A stretch of DNA of 64,000 bases. Source: the human T2T-CHM13v2.0 reference genome, Homo sapiens. The position numbers were made by a program, and so were the translations under genes. This document shows, piece by piece, positions 12,701 to 30,235 of this stretch (position 1 is its first letter; each line of letters starts with the position of its first letter). The stretch lies in the NCBI RefSeq assembly GCF_009914755.1, contig NC_060931.1, one strand, 5' to 3'. The notes beneath the pieces are model-generated. The model searched no databases and was not told where the DNA came from. It saw nothing but the letters and a program-made list of their open reading frames with translations.

Positions 12701-14180
12701 TGTTCCTCTGGGTCTAGCTGCCCAGTGTGGTTGCCATACTCCAGGCTGGTGCTGGGGAATGTCTGCAAGGGATCCAGAGATGTGATCTGTCCTCAAGTCT
12801 CCTACCAGTGGTTACTAGTACCAGCTTTGATGGGGGTGGCAGGGGAGTAGCAGAGACTCTGAGATTTCTTGGTTATAGGTGGCCTTAGTATGTTGGCTTT
12901 CTCAAATGCCAGTTGTAGTAGTAATGAAAAGGTCATGTGGACAGACTCATGAACTCCTGGCCAGGCCAGGGTGGTACAAGCAATGGTGATAGTTGAGGTC
13001 ATGCACAAGTTTTCTCCTTCCTGGGCACTGTTATTCTACCTGTAGATGCTGTAATAAACTCTGTTGGTTGGCCTTCAGCCAGGAGATGGCATTTGCAAAA
13101 GATCACCAGCTGTGGTAGTAGCACTGGGATTTGTGCTTGCCTTATGTAACCCAGGGAAATATTCTGGTTTCTCAGGTGATGGATGCGGCCAAAAGTTTCT
13201 CCTTTGTGTTAAGCTTCTAGGACAGGTAGAGGGGCAAAGCCAAGTGGTGACTGGGTAAAGCAAGTACATGCTCTGACTCTCTGTGTGTGTAGCAAGTAGC
13301 AGCCCTTATGGGAGTCAGAGAGGTGGTTCTCTGATCACTGGGGCAATATTCCAGAGAGGAGTGTAACTGCCTGTGTTGCGCAGAAGACTGCATGCAGGGA
13401 GTGGGGAGTAACAGGCAGCAGTAAACCTCCCTCAGCTCCCTTGCACTTGGCAAGGCAGAACTCACACCTGCAGTTTTCTGGTAGAGCAGTGAGCTAAGTT
13501 CAAGGCTTCTATTCTCAAAACTCAAAACTGTCCCAGGCCGTATGCCTTCCCCACACAGAGGCAGGAACCGTGGCTTTCAGTCCACACTCCTCCCAGTCTG
13601 CCCACACAGCCTGGGCACCTAGCTCCTGCTCCTGTGGCTGTAGCATCCTTCCCACTCACCCCCCTAATTCTGGCCAAGAGAGTTCTTCCTCACTTGAGGT
13701 TATACCATGAAATTCAGTTGAGAACTTCTTTCAACCTGCAACCAGTGCCTGAGTTAATTGGCCCCTGTGAGGCAGAATAAGGAATGGCTTCTCTCAATCT
13801 GTGCTGGAGACTGTGAATACTTGCAAGACTCCTCTGCTGCCATTCTTTATATTCCTCACCACTTTCTAAGTGAATTCCAGCACTGGGCAGAGTTAAGGGC
13901 TTCTCTTGTAAGCTGAATTGCCAGATTCCCCAGAGAATGTAAATCCTGGAGGTAGTCTTTCCTTCTGTCACACTCCAAGGACTTACAGTTTTTTGCGTGG
14001 CTCATGGTGTAGAATGCAGCCTGCTGCTTCTTTCAAAGACACTGTGGATTTCAGTTTTCCTGTTGAGTTCCTGCATTGCTTCTTGGAAAAAAGTTCGCAG
14101 TGTGAATACCTACACGCTACTTTGTCTTTCTAAGTGAGAGAGGCATGTTAACTCTGCCTCCAATCCATCTACTTGGAGAA
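9703..14180 (-). mobile_element. L1 5' UTR / ORF1 start of an older primate L1, interrupted by THE1
   Basis: Reverse L1 ORF1-start pattern at 9703-9900 and long 5' UTR-like sequence ending in tccatct..ttgg near 14170; continuous across the THE1 TSD. Confidence 0.6.
10194..12002 (-). mobile_element. THE1C-like MaLR: LTR 10194-10534, internal 10535-11641, LTR 11642-12002
   Basis: Two LTRs with gaaggcacctcttctcaggg..caggagagagaatgagtgcaagca; typical THE1 internal; imperfect 5-bp TSD tatcc/tttcc; internal only ~1.1 kb. Confidence 0.9.
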
Positions 14181-14596
14181 AAAGAAACCAACTTGAAGTC
14201 TGTTTTTTCTGATATTAGTATAGCAACTCCAGGTTTATTTTAGTTACTATTTGCATGAAATCTCTCTCTTTTTTAAAAAAGTTCACTTCCAACCTCTTTG
14301 TATCTTGGGATTGAAAGTGAGTCTCTTGTAAACAGCACATAGTTGGACAATTTAAAATAATTATTCTGCCAATTTCTGTCTTTTGATTGGAGAGCTTAAT
14401 CAATTTGCAGTTAAAATAATTACTGATAAGAAAGTACTTCTGCCATTTTGCCATTTGCGTTTTGTTTGTCTAATATCTTTTCTCCTCATTTTCTCCATCA
14501 CTGCCCTCTTTTGTGTTAAGCTGACTTTATTTTTTTGTAGCAAAACATTTGCTTCCCTTCTTATTTCTTTTTGTGTATTTAAAAAAATTATTTTCT

Positions 14597-14903
14597 GGCT
14601 GGGCATGGTACCTCACTCATAATCCCAACACTTTTTAGGAGGCTGAGGTAGGAGGATCACCTGAGCCCAGGAGTCTGAGATCAGTCTGGACAAGATGGCG
14701 AGACTTTGTATCTACAAAAAAATTTAAAAATGTAACTGGGTATAGTGGCTTATGCCTGTAGTCTCAGCTACTTGGGAGGTGGAGGCAGGAAAATCCCTTG
14801 AGTTCAGGAGTTTGAGGTTGCAGTGAGCTATGATCACAACACTATGCTCCAGACTTGGTGAGAGAATAAGGCCCCATCTCTAAAAATAAATGAATAAATA
14901 AAA
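14597..14903 (+). mobile_element. AluJ
   Basis: Diverged dimer with gagcccaggag and gagctatgatcac, typical of AluJ; A-rich tail. Confidence 0.9.
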
Positions 14904-15392
14904 GTTTTTTCTTTGTGTTTACCTAGGAGATTATGTTTTACATCCTAAATTTATAACACTATGGTTTGAATTGATACCCATTTAGCTGGAATATCATACA
15001 CAAACTCCAGTCTATACAGCTCCAATCCCCTCTTTCATGTTGTTGTCACAGAGTACATCTTTATCTATTGCATAACCAAGAAAATAGATTTATAATTATT
15101 TTAATTCATTTGTCTTATAAATTTTGTATAAAATAAAACATGGAGTTACAACAACCAAAAATACAATAAGACATTTTTATATTTGTCCATGTAGTTATCT
15201 TTAGTTGAGATCTTTATATACTCATTAACTTTAAGTTTCTGTCTAGGTTTCTTCCTCTTCAACCTGAAGGACTCCTTTTAGTATTTCATGTAGGGCAGAT
15301 ACTGGTACCAAACTCCCTTAGCTTTCGTTTTTCTGAGAATGTCTTAATTTCTTCCTGTTTTTTGAAGGATGGTTTAGCCAAATACAGAATTC

Positions 15393-15690
15393 TTTTTTTT
15401 TTTTTTGAGATGGAGTCTTGTTCTGTTGCCCAGGCTGGAGTGCAGTGGCACAATCTTGGCTCACTGCAAGCTCCGCCTCCTGGGTTCACGCCATTCTCCT
15501 GCCTCAGCCTCCCGACTAGACTAGCTGGGACTACAGGTGCCCGCCGCCATGCCCAGCTAATTTTTGTATTTTTAGTAGAGACAGGGTTTCACCTTGTTAG
15601 CCAAGATGGTCTCAATCTCCTGACCTCATGATCTGCCCGCCTCGGCCTCCCAAAGTGCTGGGATTACAGGTGTGAGCCACCGTGCCCAGC
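15393..15690 (-). mobile_element. AluY
   Basis: gcaagctccgcctcc..ttcacgccattctcc; TSD gcYaaatacagaattctt on both sides. Confidence 0.95.
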
Positions 15691-17603
15691 TGCTAAATAC
15701 AGAATTCTTAGTTGACAATTTGTTTTCCTTTAAGCATTAAATATACTACCTTACTATATTTAGCCTACATAATTTCTGATAAAAAATTGACAGTTGATCT
15801 TATGAGAATCCCATGTATGTGACAAGGTGCTTCTCTTTTGCGGCTTTCAAGTTTCTCTCTCTGATTTTTGACTGATTATAATGTGCCTTTGTGTGGATCT
15901 CTGTAAGTTTCTCCAGTTTGAGTTTATTGAGCTTCGTTGATGTGTAGATTCATGTTTTCAACAAATTTGGGCCATTATTTCTTAAATACTTTTTATGCGC
16001 ATTTCTCTTTGTTTCTTCCTTCTGGGATTTCCATTATGTGTATGTTCAAGTGCTTGATGGTGTCCCACAGGTACCTTAGTCTGTTTACTTTTCCTCTTTT
16101 TCTTTCTGCTCCTCAAACTGGATAATAGCAATTGTCCTGTCTTCAAGTTTGCTAATTATTTCTTCTAGCTTAAATATGCTATTGAACCTCTTTAATAAAT
16201 TTCCCATTTTAGTTATTATACTCTTTAGCTCTAGAATTTCTGTTTGATAGCTTTTTTCTATTAAAATGTTTTTCTCTAAACATTTTTAAAAATTATTGAC
16301 ATTCTCATTTTTTTAATACATCATTTTCCTGATTGCCTTTAGTTTTCCTTTAGTTCTTTGAACATATTTAAGACAGTGGTTTAAAGCCTGTGTTTATTAA
16401 GTTCAATACTGGTCTTCCTCAGGGATGGTTTCTGTTGATTTATTTTGTTCTTTTGAGTGGACCATACTTTCTTATTTCTTTGCATACTTTGTGATTTTTT
16501 TGTTGAACCTCAGACATGTGGATATTATACAGTCACAATTCTGTAAGTCAAATTATTTGTCTTCCCAAAAGTTTGTTGTTGTTTTTTATTGTTGAAGTAG
16601 ACATCCACTTGTTTAGTGATTTTGTAATACTAATTTTATAAAGACTGTATTCCTAGTCATATGTGGTCATTGAAATCTCTGTTTCTTTAGCTGTGTTTAG
16701 CTAATGTTTTGACAGAGATTTCACTGAATTCCTGGAACACAATACAAAAAACAAAACAAAACAAAAACTTCAAAAACTAACAAATAACGAAAAAGTCAAA
16801 ACACAAGTAAACAAGGAAACAAACAAAAAAAACCCCAAACAACGATTTTCATCTTAGTAGGTTGACTCTGTGCTGGGGTACTTCTCCTGTACTTAACCAG
16901 GCTTAAACTGAACCTAGACATCAGTCAAAAATAAAGGGTTAGCATCTTTTTGGATCTTTTCTGATCATGCATTTTGCCCCTAGATAAACATGTGATTTTC
17001 TAAATTCCCTGGTATATATTGTTTCTTCCGAGTTCCATAGCTTCCCAAAGAAACCTTCCCTGACATTTCCTCTGAGACTTTAGATGCTCTATTATATGTC
17101 TCAATAGTAATCTTTTACCCTGCAGAATTTTTGTCAGTCTTACAACATACTTACACAATAGCTGCCACTTTTTGCCATGAGTAGAATCTGTGTTAAGTGA
17201 AACAAAGATTAGCACATTGTGCCAGTCCTTCAGGTAGTCAAGGCAGATTAGAATAGACACACATAATACTTTGTGAATGAGGTTTGCTCTGCACCCTCTG
17301 GAAACAGAGACTGGATCTCACACTGGGGATACAGGCTGTCATTTTCAAGACTGCTGGTGAGATGGGGAGAGGGTGGGCAAAGGTAAGTAAAAACATCATG
17401 AAGCTTTCCTAATATTTTTGGGTTTTTTTTCTTGTATCATTGTTTACTTGGTTGCTGAAAAACAATATTTTCTGAAGTTCTAATAAAGTTGATTTTGGGA
17501 GTTTCGGGTTGTTTTTTTCTTTTCAGTTGAGAGTCAGGAGCTTGAAGCTGCCTATTCCACTATTTTCTCATGTTACTCATCCCTGGCCTCTGGATTTTTG
17601 ATG

Positions 17604-18197
17604 TGTATTCATCAGGTTTCTCTAGAGGAAGAAAGCCAATAGTATATGTGTATACACACATGCACATGCACACACACACATACACATACATTCCCTTTTA
17701 TATATACATGAAAGGGAATTTATTAGGGAGAATTGTCTCACATGATTACAAAGGTGAAGTCCCCAAATAGGTTGTCTCCAAGGTGGGAAATGAGAAAAGC
17801 TGGTATTGTAGCTTGGTCCCAGTTCAAAAGCCTCAAGACCAGGGAAGCTGACAGTATAGCTGCCAGTCTGAGGCAGGCTGCTGGTGCAAGCCCTAGAGTC
17901 CAAAGGCTGAAGAACTTTGGGTCTGATGTCCAAAGGCAGGAGGAAAAAAGGGATCTCACTCTAGAAGGGAGAGAGAAAAAGAGAGAGAGGAATCTAAGCA
18001 AGCTGAATGTCCCCCTTCTGCAAACTTTGTTCTAGCCTCACCCATGGCCTATTGGATGGGCCTCCTCTTCCAGTCCACTGACCTACATGTTAGTCTTTCC
18101 TGGAAACAGCCTCACAGACACTCCCAGGAGCAATGCTTCACTGTCCATCTAGGCATCTCTCAATCCAGTCAAGTTGACACCTGTGTTAACCATCACA
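17604..18197 (-). mobile_element. MLT2B-like solo LTR (ERV-L)
   Basis: tgtatt..cagg..tctctagagg start, internal (CA/TA) tract, ends caagttgacacc..ttaaccatcaca; absent from unit 2. Confidence 0.85.
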
Positions 18198-18329
18198 GGG
18201 AGTGTAGTCTCTGTAGGGTTAAATGGAATTAGGGAGATACACATGAGAGAGTGCAAGACTGGCTTGACTTGTTTATAAACAGGGCTTACAGCCTAGAGGA
18301 AGACGGCCTGGGTTTTGAGAAACTCTTGA

Positions 18330-18742
18330 TGAGGGAGATTTCAAGTTTTCCCATTACTCAAAACTTTTAAGAATTCTTAAACTTGATTAGTCTCGGGAGA
18401 GAAGAGCTGAAAGTTTCTTTGGTGTTTCCTTCAATGCATCCCTAGGGTTTCCCTGAACTAACTTTCCTTAGTGAATAATATTACTTAGGGATGCATTGCA
18501 GAGTGAAAGAAGGAGGGAAAGAGAAAGAGGGAAACAGTGGGGCATCCCATGGCATTATGATTTCTAGACTTTCTCCTCAGTGTTTGTGTGAAGTCAGTTT
18601 TCTCTTTCACTGAGAGTGAAGAAGCAGCAGCTTCCTCTGGCCCACAGAGCAATCTCAGCACTAATCAGTCAGGAGGCAGCCTGGGTCGAGTCCTAGAGAG
18701 CCATTCAACTTTTCACTTCAGGGTATTTCTCTGGAGATGAGT
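18330..18742 (+). promoter_or_regulatory. Putative OR promoter / non-coding first exon, unit 1 (donor mutated)
   Basis: O/E (EBF)-like TCCCTAGGG at 18439-18447 and TAAT cores conserved with 42220-42626; donor position reads AG|ATGAGT at 18737. Confidence 0.4.
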
Positions 18743-20680
18743 GTTTTCCAGGAGTTCTGCTCTGTGAAGGAGAAACTAGGAGAGGCTCAGAATAGAACGT
18801 TCTGGGCCTGTTTGCCCTCTAGGATGAGGACACTCAGATTTTATTAAAGAGTAATAGGCTCATCTTCAAATTCTTCTTGCATAGCAGAAAGCACTTTCAA
18901 CTATTCTCTGACTCAGTGCTTGACATAGGCACAGGTCATTGCTATTGTTAGAACCATCATCTCTCCTTTCTTTTTACTGGGTCCCACGTAAGCAGAGATT
19001 GTGGGAATTCGGACTGAGTTCTTCTATCGAGTTGATCCTTGTTACCCAAATATCATTTTACAAGAGGTCTCAGAGAGAGGACTGAATGATGACTGGGCAC
19101 TGTGTCAGTGAAGACAGAAGGGAGAGAAAGCAGCTGCTTCAACATTGGCCATAGCCAAGTGTGCATAGGCTCTGACCATAGATTCATCCTTTAATTGATG
19201 AATTTATTTAATTCATTCAGAAATAATACTAGATCATGAGACACAATGAACAAGAATGACAATCTTCTTGCTTTCATGGTGCTTACATTGTAAAATGAAT
19301 GACAAAATAAACAAAACGTAAACATACAATTTCAAGTGATGAAGGCTAAAGAGAAAAGTAGATCTCAGTGAGGAGATAGCGAGTGAAGGATAGTATGTGT
19401 TTTTTTAGACAGAATGATGAGGACAGTTTCCCTGAACTTGGACACTTAAGCAAAGACCTGAAGGAAGTAAGGGATAAAGCCCAGAAATTCTAAGGTACTC
19501 AGGAAATGGGGTCTATTTTACGTTAGTGACAGCTGACTTTTTAATTTCTGGTATGATTTTGGGAGAAAAATGTGATTATATAAGGAACATTGAGGATACA
19601 TCCCAACCTTTCTAATAGAATGAGACCATAGCCTCGATATTTAGGACCTGGGCTGAACCTGGAAGTCACACTTGGTGGCTTTGAGCTCTCCTAGAGGCAA
19701 GGTCTGTAGACCTAAATCCTTTTGTTTGCCAGTCCGAGTATGAGGTCAAAGTGGGACAGAGAGAGGCTGAGAATAAAAGTTCCTCCTTTATATTCTGTCT
19801 GAATCTTTCTTCTCTCGCAATGATGAAAAGAGTTGTCAGAGTCTTAGAGAGAGATGGCCAGGTTCAACTCAGGCCAGGTGTGGTTTGTCAGCCTTCTGTG
19901 AGAAGACACATTCACTGAGGACAAAAGTAAGGGAGGCTTTCATCCCCAAGATAGGAAGGAAGAAAGGAGTAATCCATGCAGGGAACCAGCTGACCAGTAG
20001 ATTGAGAGATCCTCAGTCCTTGCCCTTGAAAATTTACAGATACTCCTCAGGAGGAGACTTCCATACCCTCACTCTCACCAACACACAGCAATAATGATGA
20101 AGGTAAAGCAAAAGTTTTAAAATAAACATCCTGTAAATGGAACCTACATTCTGATGAAACAAAGAAATCGAGTAACCAGCTCAGGGGCGTTGGCAGGGAA
20201 ACTTTTGTATAGAACATGATACTGGAGCAGGAATTTACAGGATAGAAAATACTTGGCAGACAGAGTAGTTTAGGACCTTCCAGGTGGAAGGGAGTTAGTG
20301 GTAGAAATGAACACACTGTGGTCCTGGAGGCTGACTGCTGGCTGTTCAGAGCAGAGAGGGAGGCAGGTGAAGTGAGCATTGGGGGTGCAATGGTGCATGC
20401 TGGGCAGGGTATAGGCTCTCATGTCTAAGGTATGGCACTGGGGACTGGGATCATCTTCATGACCAACTCAATTTTCCTCACACATTGTACATATTTAGAA
20501 AAATTGCCACTGACCATATACAGGAATAGTAGAAGACAAATGCCTACCATTCTAGTCATGGTGTGTGGCCTGTGAACAGGAGGGGGATTGCAGAACAGTT
20601 TCTAATTCTGTTAAGATGAGAAGCCGTATTAACTCTCTTTTGTTTTCTAGATTTCATGAGTAAAAAGCACTCAGAAGTAA

Positions 20681-21621
20681 ATGTTGGGGAATTACTCTAG
20701 CGCCACTGAATTTTTTCTCTTAGGCTTCCCTGGCTCCCAAGAAGTACGCCGTATCCTTTTTGTGAACTTCTTCTTCTTGTACGCAGTGACAGTGATGGGA
20801 AACACGGTCATCATCGTCACTGTCTGTGTTGATAAACATCTGCAGTCCCCCATGTATTTTTTCCTGGGCCACCTCTGTGTCCTGGAGATCCTGATCACAT
20901 CCACCGCTGCCCCTTTTATGCTGGGGGGTTGCTGCTTCCAAGCACCCAGATCATGTCTTTGACAGCCTGTGCTGCACAGCTATATACCTTTCTTTGGGTA
21001 CCTCGGAGTTGGCATTAATGGGAGTGATGGCTGTGGACCATTATGTGGCTGTGTGTAACCCTTTGAGGTACAACATCATTATGAACAGCAGCACATGTGT
21101 CTGGATGGTCATTGTATCATGGGTGTTTGGGTTCCTTTTTCAAATCTGGCCAGTTTATGCCACTTTTCAGCTTACTTTCTGCAAATCAAATGTGTTAGAT
21201 CATTTTTACTGTGACTGAGGACAATTGCTCAAGGTATCCTGTGAGGACACTCTTTTCACAGAGTTTATTCTTTTTCTAATGGCTGTTTTCATTATCATTG
21301 GTTCTTTTGATCCCTACGATTGTCTCCTACACCTACATCATCTCCACCATCCTCAAGATCCCGTTAGCCTCTGGCTGGAGGAAATCCTTTTCCACTTGTG
21401 CCTCCCACTTCACCTGTGTTGTGATCGGCTACAGCAGCTGCTTGTTTCTCTACACGAAACCCAAGCAAACACAGGCAGCCAAGTATAACCGGATAGCGTC
21501 ACTGCTGGTTTTAGTGGTGACCCCTTTTCTGAACCCTTTCATCTTCACCCTGAGGAATGACAAATTCATACAGGCCTTTGGAGATGGCATGAAACACTGC
21601 TATCAACTCCTCAGAATTTAG
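20681..21621 (+). pseudogene. OR9A3P: Olfactory receptor family 9A pseudogene, multiply disrupted
   Basis: OR motifs LQSPMYFFL, MAVDHYVAVCNPLRY, KSFSTCASH, PFLNPFIFTLRN split across frames; versus paralog: -1 nt at ~20922, -4 nt at ~20983, CGA>TGA at 21216-21218, +1 T at ~21308. Symbol from recall of cluster order. Confidence 0.9.
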
Positions 21622-24600
21622 CTCTGTCCTGGGGACAATCCTTATCATGGACTTCAGTAATCTGAAGGTACTAATTTAAATCTAAAATGACAGTTTTCAT
21701 CATCAAATAGTTTGTAATCTACAAAGAACATTTAGGGCATAGACAGTGCTTCAATTCATTATTGGGTGACTTCATTAAAAAGAATAAATACATCAATTTA
21801 TTCTTTTTAATGTATATAAATACATGTCCCAAAATAAATATGACAAGTGTAAACATCTGAAATACATGAAGATTTTAGAACTCTCAGACTGTGAATGGGA
21901 AAAGCAAGAAATGTGATTTATCTGATGTCTGCTGTACTAATTTGATTCTAGATGCCAGAATTATCTTCCCCTTTATTGCCTTATGGTTTCGTGGTGTGTT
22001 CTCATCGTGTAAGCCTCACTATTGTGTCTCTCAGTGACCTGTGGTCCACCCTCAAGCTTTCAATGTAGTTCCTGCCTCCAATATTCAATGGTGATAGTAA
22101 CTTTCTATGGGTTTTCTGACTGGAAGTTGTGACAGTGAACTCACTCCCCCATACTGACTGCTTAGCAATCTTCAGAATGAATGTGTTTTGATACAGGTTT
22201 AACCCTAATTTGTGCACCTTCTTAGCCATAGATGAAAGGTTTTAGAAAGAAACATTTTTTTTTTACCTAACGTCGCCAACATCAAATGAGGGAGCGCAAT
22301 GGAGGTATGTTCTGGAAGGCGATGTGATAAGGGATAGATGGCTTTGCGGTGTCCTTGGGCTGAGGGTGGATTGGAGAGAGGGCAGAGGGACAGGTGGCCT
22401 GTGGCCCCTTTTTCTGTCTCACACATTCTTCAATCTTGACATGGTACATTCACCCTCCATGTTCCCTTTGCTATCCCACTTCCTGCTCAGTTTCTTTATT
22501 AATTTCATTTATTCTCTCTCTCTCTGTTAGTACCAGATTCATCTCTTTGTTCCTTTTCCCCCTTCATTCACTCACAAAAACCAAGTTTATCAAGCCACCT
22601 TCTAGCTCCACAGTGAGCTCCCTTAATCCTTATATCTCAGTTTCTGTGTTGCCCCATCGTCTCCCTTGTTCCTGTCATACCCACTATTCTCAATTAATAT
22701 TTCTGTATTGCATGACACAGATTTCTTCTGCATTCTTACACAAGTGATTACACATGTTTGGAGCAACCTAAATGGACATCAAAAGGTGACTACTCATATG
22801 ACTTATGGCACTTTCATTCAGTTGAACATTACATAACTGTAGGAAGAATGAGGAAGTTTTCTTTGTCATTACAAGAAAGTACTTCAGGGTACACAGTTGA
22901 GAAAGAAAAGCAAAGAGTAGACCAATTTTTTTATGTGTTTCCTTTTTGTAAGAACAAAGCAAAACTCTGTTTATATTTCTATTTGGGTATAGTTGCATGA
23001 AGAAATGCCTAGGAGGGAAACCAGGAAATCAGTTATCTTGGGGATGTGTTGGTGGGAATGGCATTCATGGGAATAGTCGGTGAGGGAGGCTGTTTATGAT
23101 ACAGCTGTGTACATTGCTTTCACTGCTACTTCATAATAATGTGTTACCAACTCAAAAATAAAAGACATCATTCTGCTTCTAATTGCCAAGGAAAGTGTGC
23201 TTGCTTATCCAAATATCTGATGGTAACAAAGGACATATTTTGACAGAAGAATCTTTAGTAACTCTAGATACTTTGTAATGTTTCTGCAGAGCTGAGTAGT
23301 GGTACTGGGAGAATAATAAGGGAGAAGAGATGGAGCTTCACATTTCTCTCATTCCCAGACCTTCAGTGCTTTTGTAAGACTATATATTGTTGGGATATTG
23401 TGGGGGCTTCTTTTAATTATCCTATGTGTGTTGAAATTATCTTTGTCCAATCTGTTTTGTTTTTACTCTTTGCATCTTAATGAAATCTTCTGTCATATAG
23501 AGGTATTCATTTTGCCTTTGTCTGGTTAATTATTACTTTTATGATATATATTTCTGTAATCATTTAAAAAGTTTTTTTCTATTCAAATGACTTAACGAAA
23601 GTCCATTGTAATATTTACATGCCCTGACAGAGTAGATGTAACACAATAGATTTTATTTAAAAAAAGAGAATAATGGGAAAGCATGTGCAAAAGTTTTTAA
23701 AAAATATTTTCAGTAATCATATTGATGGAGATAGTATTCCAGGATGGTTGTGAGTATAATGTGAAACAAAGGAAATGTGTCCTTTATTTCAAATAAATAT
23801 GGAATATTCTATTTCTTAATATAATATGGAGGAGCTTAGGTAAATCTCTATATATGGGCAGACTCAGTGCGTGTGCTCTCTCTTTCTCTGTCTCTCACTC
23901 CTGGCTCTGTTCATTGCCATAACTTAGCAACATTGGCCAATTCGATTACAATGAACATTTCTAGGCCCATATTGTAGTCTTGCAATACAATTTCCTGGTA
24001 AGAGAAATCAGGGCTTCTTGGAGAAATGACTGATTCCTCATCTAGGATGGGGAATCCACAAGATGAACTTGAAAATTCATATCATACCAGATGTGAAAGA
24101 TTACTAGGGTTGTATTAGAATACTCAGGACTCAATTAGAGGAGACTTCTACTGGCCAAAGATGAAAGAAGTTGTGCTTCCAACCTATCAACTATTTTTAA
24201 ATTTATGAGTTCACAATATTTAAAAAAAAATCACCTTCCAAAGATGATATTTTTTATTCATCAGACCTAAGCTTCTGAACCAACCAACTTATAGAAAACT
24301 ATGTAGAGAACAGAAAGACACATTGAACTGCACCATGTAGGTGGAATTGGGAGAATGGAGATGCTAAGAATTCTACCATAAAAACACCTGAGCTTCTCAA
24401 CAAATAGATTGGAAAGAGGTGAAAAGGCTGTAGAGAGAATCTGAAGATTAGAATCGATGTAAAGAACATATCAAATAAAAAAAAGTAGAAGACTCTATAG
24501 TGTGTGATAATTTAAACTGGAGTGATAAAATCTTTAAGGAATACAAATAAATGATTACTTAAAGGTAAAGATTATCATTACTTCTGAGGATGTGATGAGT

Positions 24601-24989
24601 GAATTAGAATAGGACACATGAATGGGCTTCTGCGGTTGCTATTAAAGTTGTATTTATTGATCCAAGGGGTGGTTGCAAAATAATTTCTTAAGCTATGCAT
24701 GTGTTCAGTGTAGTGTTTCTATATACGTTTCACTTTAAAATAAAATGATTTAATCTTCTCTATATATTTTAATAGTTTCAATTTCTGATTTTGATATTTA
24801 TTTAAAAATAGGTTATTATTTATTTTGGGATAGGTTAAAGGTTGACGACAGGCTGGACCTCTAGAAATCACAGCTTTAGGCAAGAGTTAAGGGCTAAAAG
24901 TTCATTTGTGGGTGGGGGGATGCACTTCTACTATAGCAAAGTAAAATGAAGTGAGACAGGAAAGCATGGTAAAGAATGCAGTATGATGA

Positions 24990-29861
<4,872 letters not shown>

Positions 29862-29926
29862 AAAATGCTTTTCAAAACAAAAGGATGGAGCATGTCAAAG
29901 GGATACAGGACCCAACCTGAGTCTCA

Positions 29927-30235
29927 GTCTTAGTCCCTGTGGGATGCTATAATGGAATACCGTAGACTGCATGGCTGATACAAAATAGAAATTTACTTCT
30001 CACAGCACTTGAGGATGAGAAATTCAAGATTAAAGCACTAGCATATGTGGTGTCTGGTGGTGGTATAAGGGGCAAGAGAGGTCACTGGGGTATTTTTAAT
30101 AGGGTCACTAATCACATTTATAAGGGCTCCCTCTTCATGACCTAATCACCTTCCAAAAGTCCAACTCTGAATACCATCATCTTGGAGATTGTGTTTCAAG
30201 AATTTGGGGGGAACACAAATATTCAGTCTATAGCA
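29927..30235 (-). mobile_element. MLT1A-like MaLR solo LTR
   Basis: cttagtcc..gctataa..aataccgtagactg..gaaatttacttctcacag ... attcagtctatagca; also present in unit 2. Confidence 0.8.

Larger units (their letters stand above)
14190..17590 (-). mobile_element. Ancient L1M (ORF2 endonuclease start, ORF1, 5' region) interrupted by two Alus
   Basis: Minus ORF 14215-14454 CCLQETHF (L1 EN motif); typical reverse L1M ORF1 text to ~16700. Confidence 0.75.

Noticed and set aside
15286-15631. ORFs overlapping Alus (also 44371, 46234, 46262, 47455, 47590)
   Set aside because: Typical Alu translation artefacts (AQAGVQW, SPASAS).
22394-22747. ORF with a paralogous ORF at 47102-47485
   Set aside because: Similarity follows from the duplication; low-complexity pyrimidine-rich DNA, no shared start or domain.
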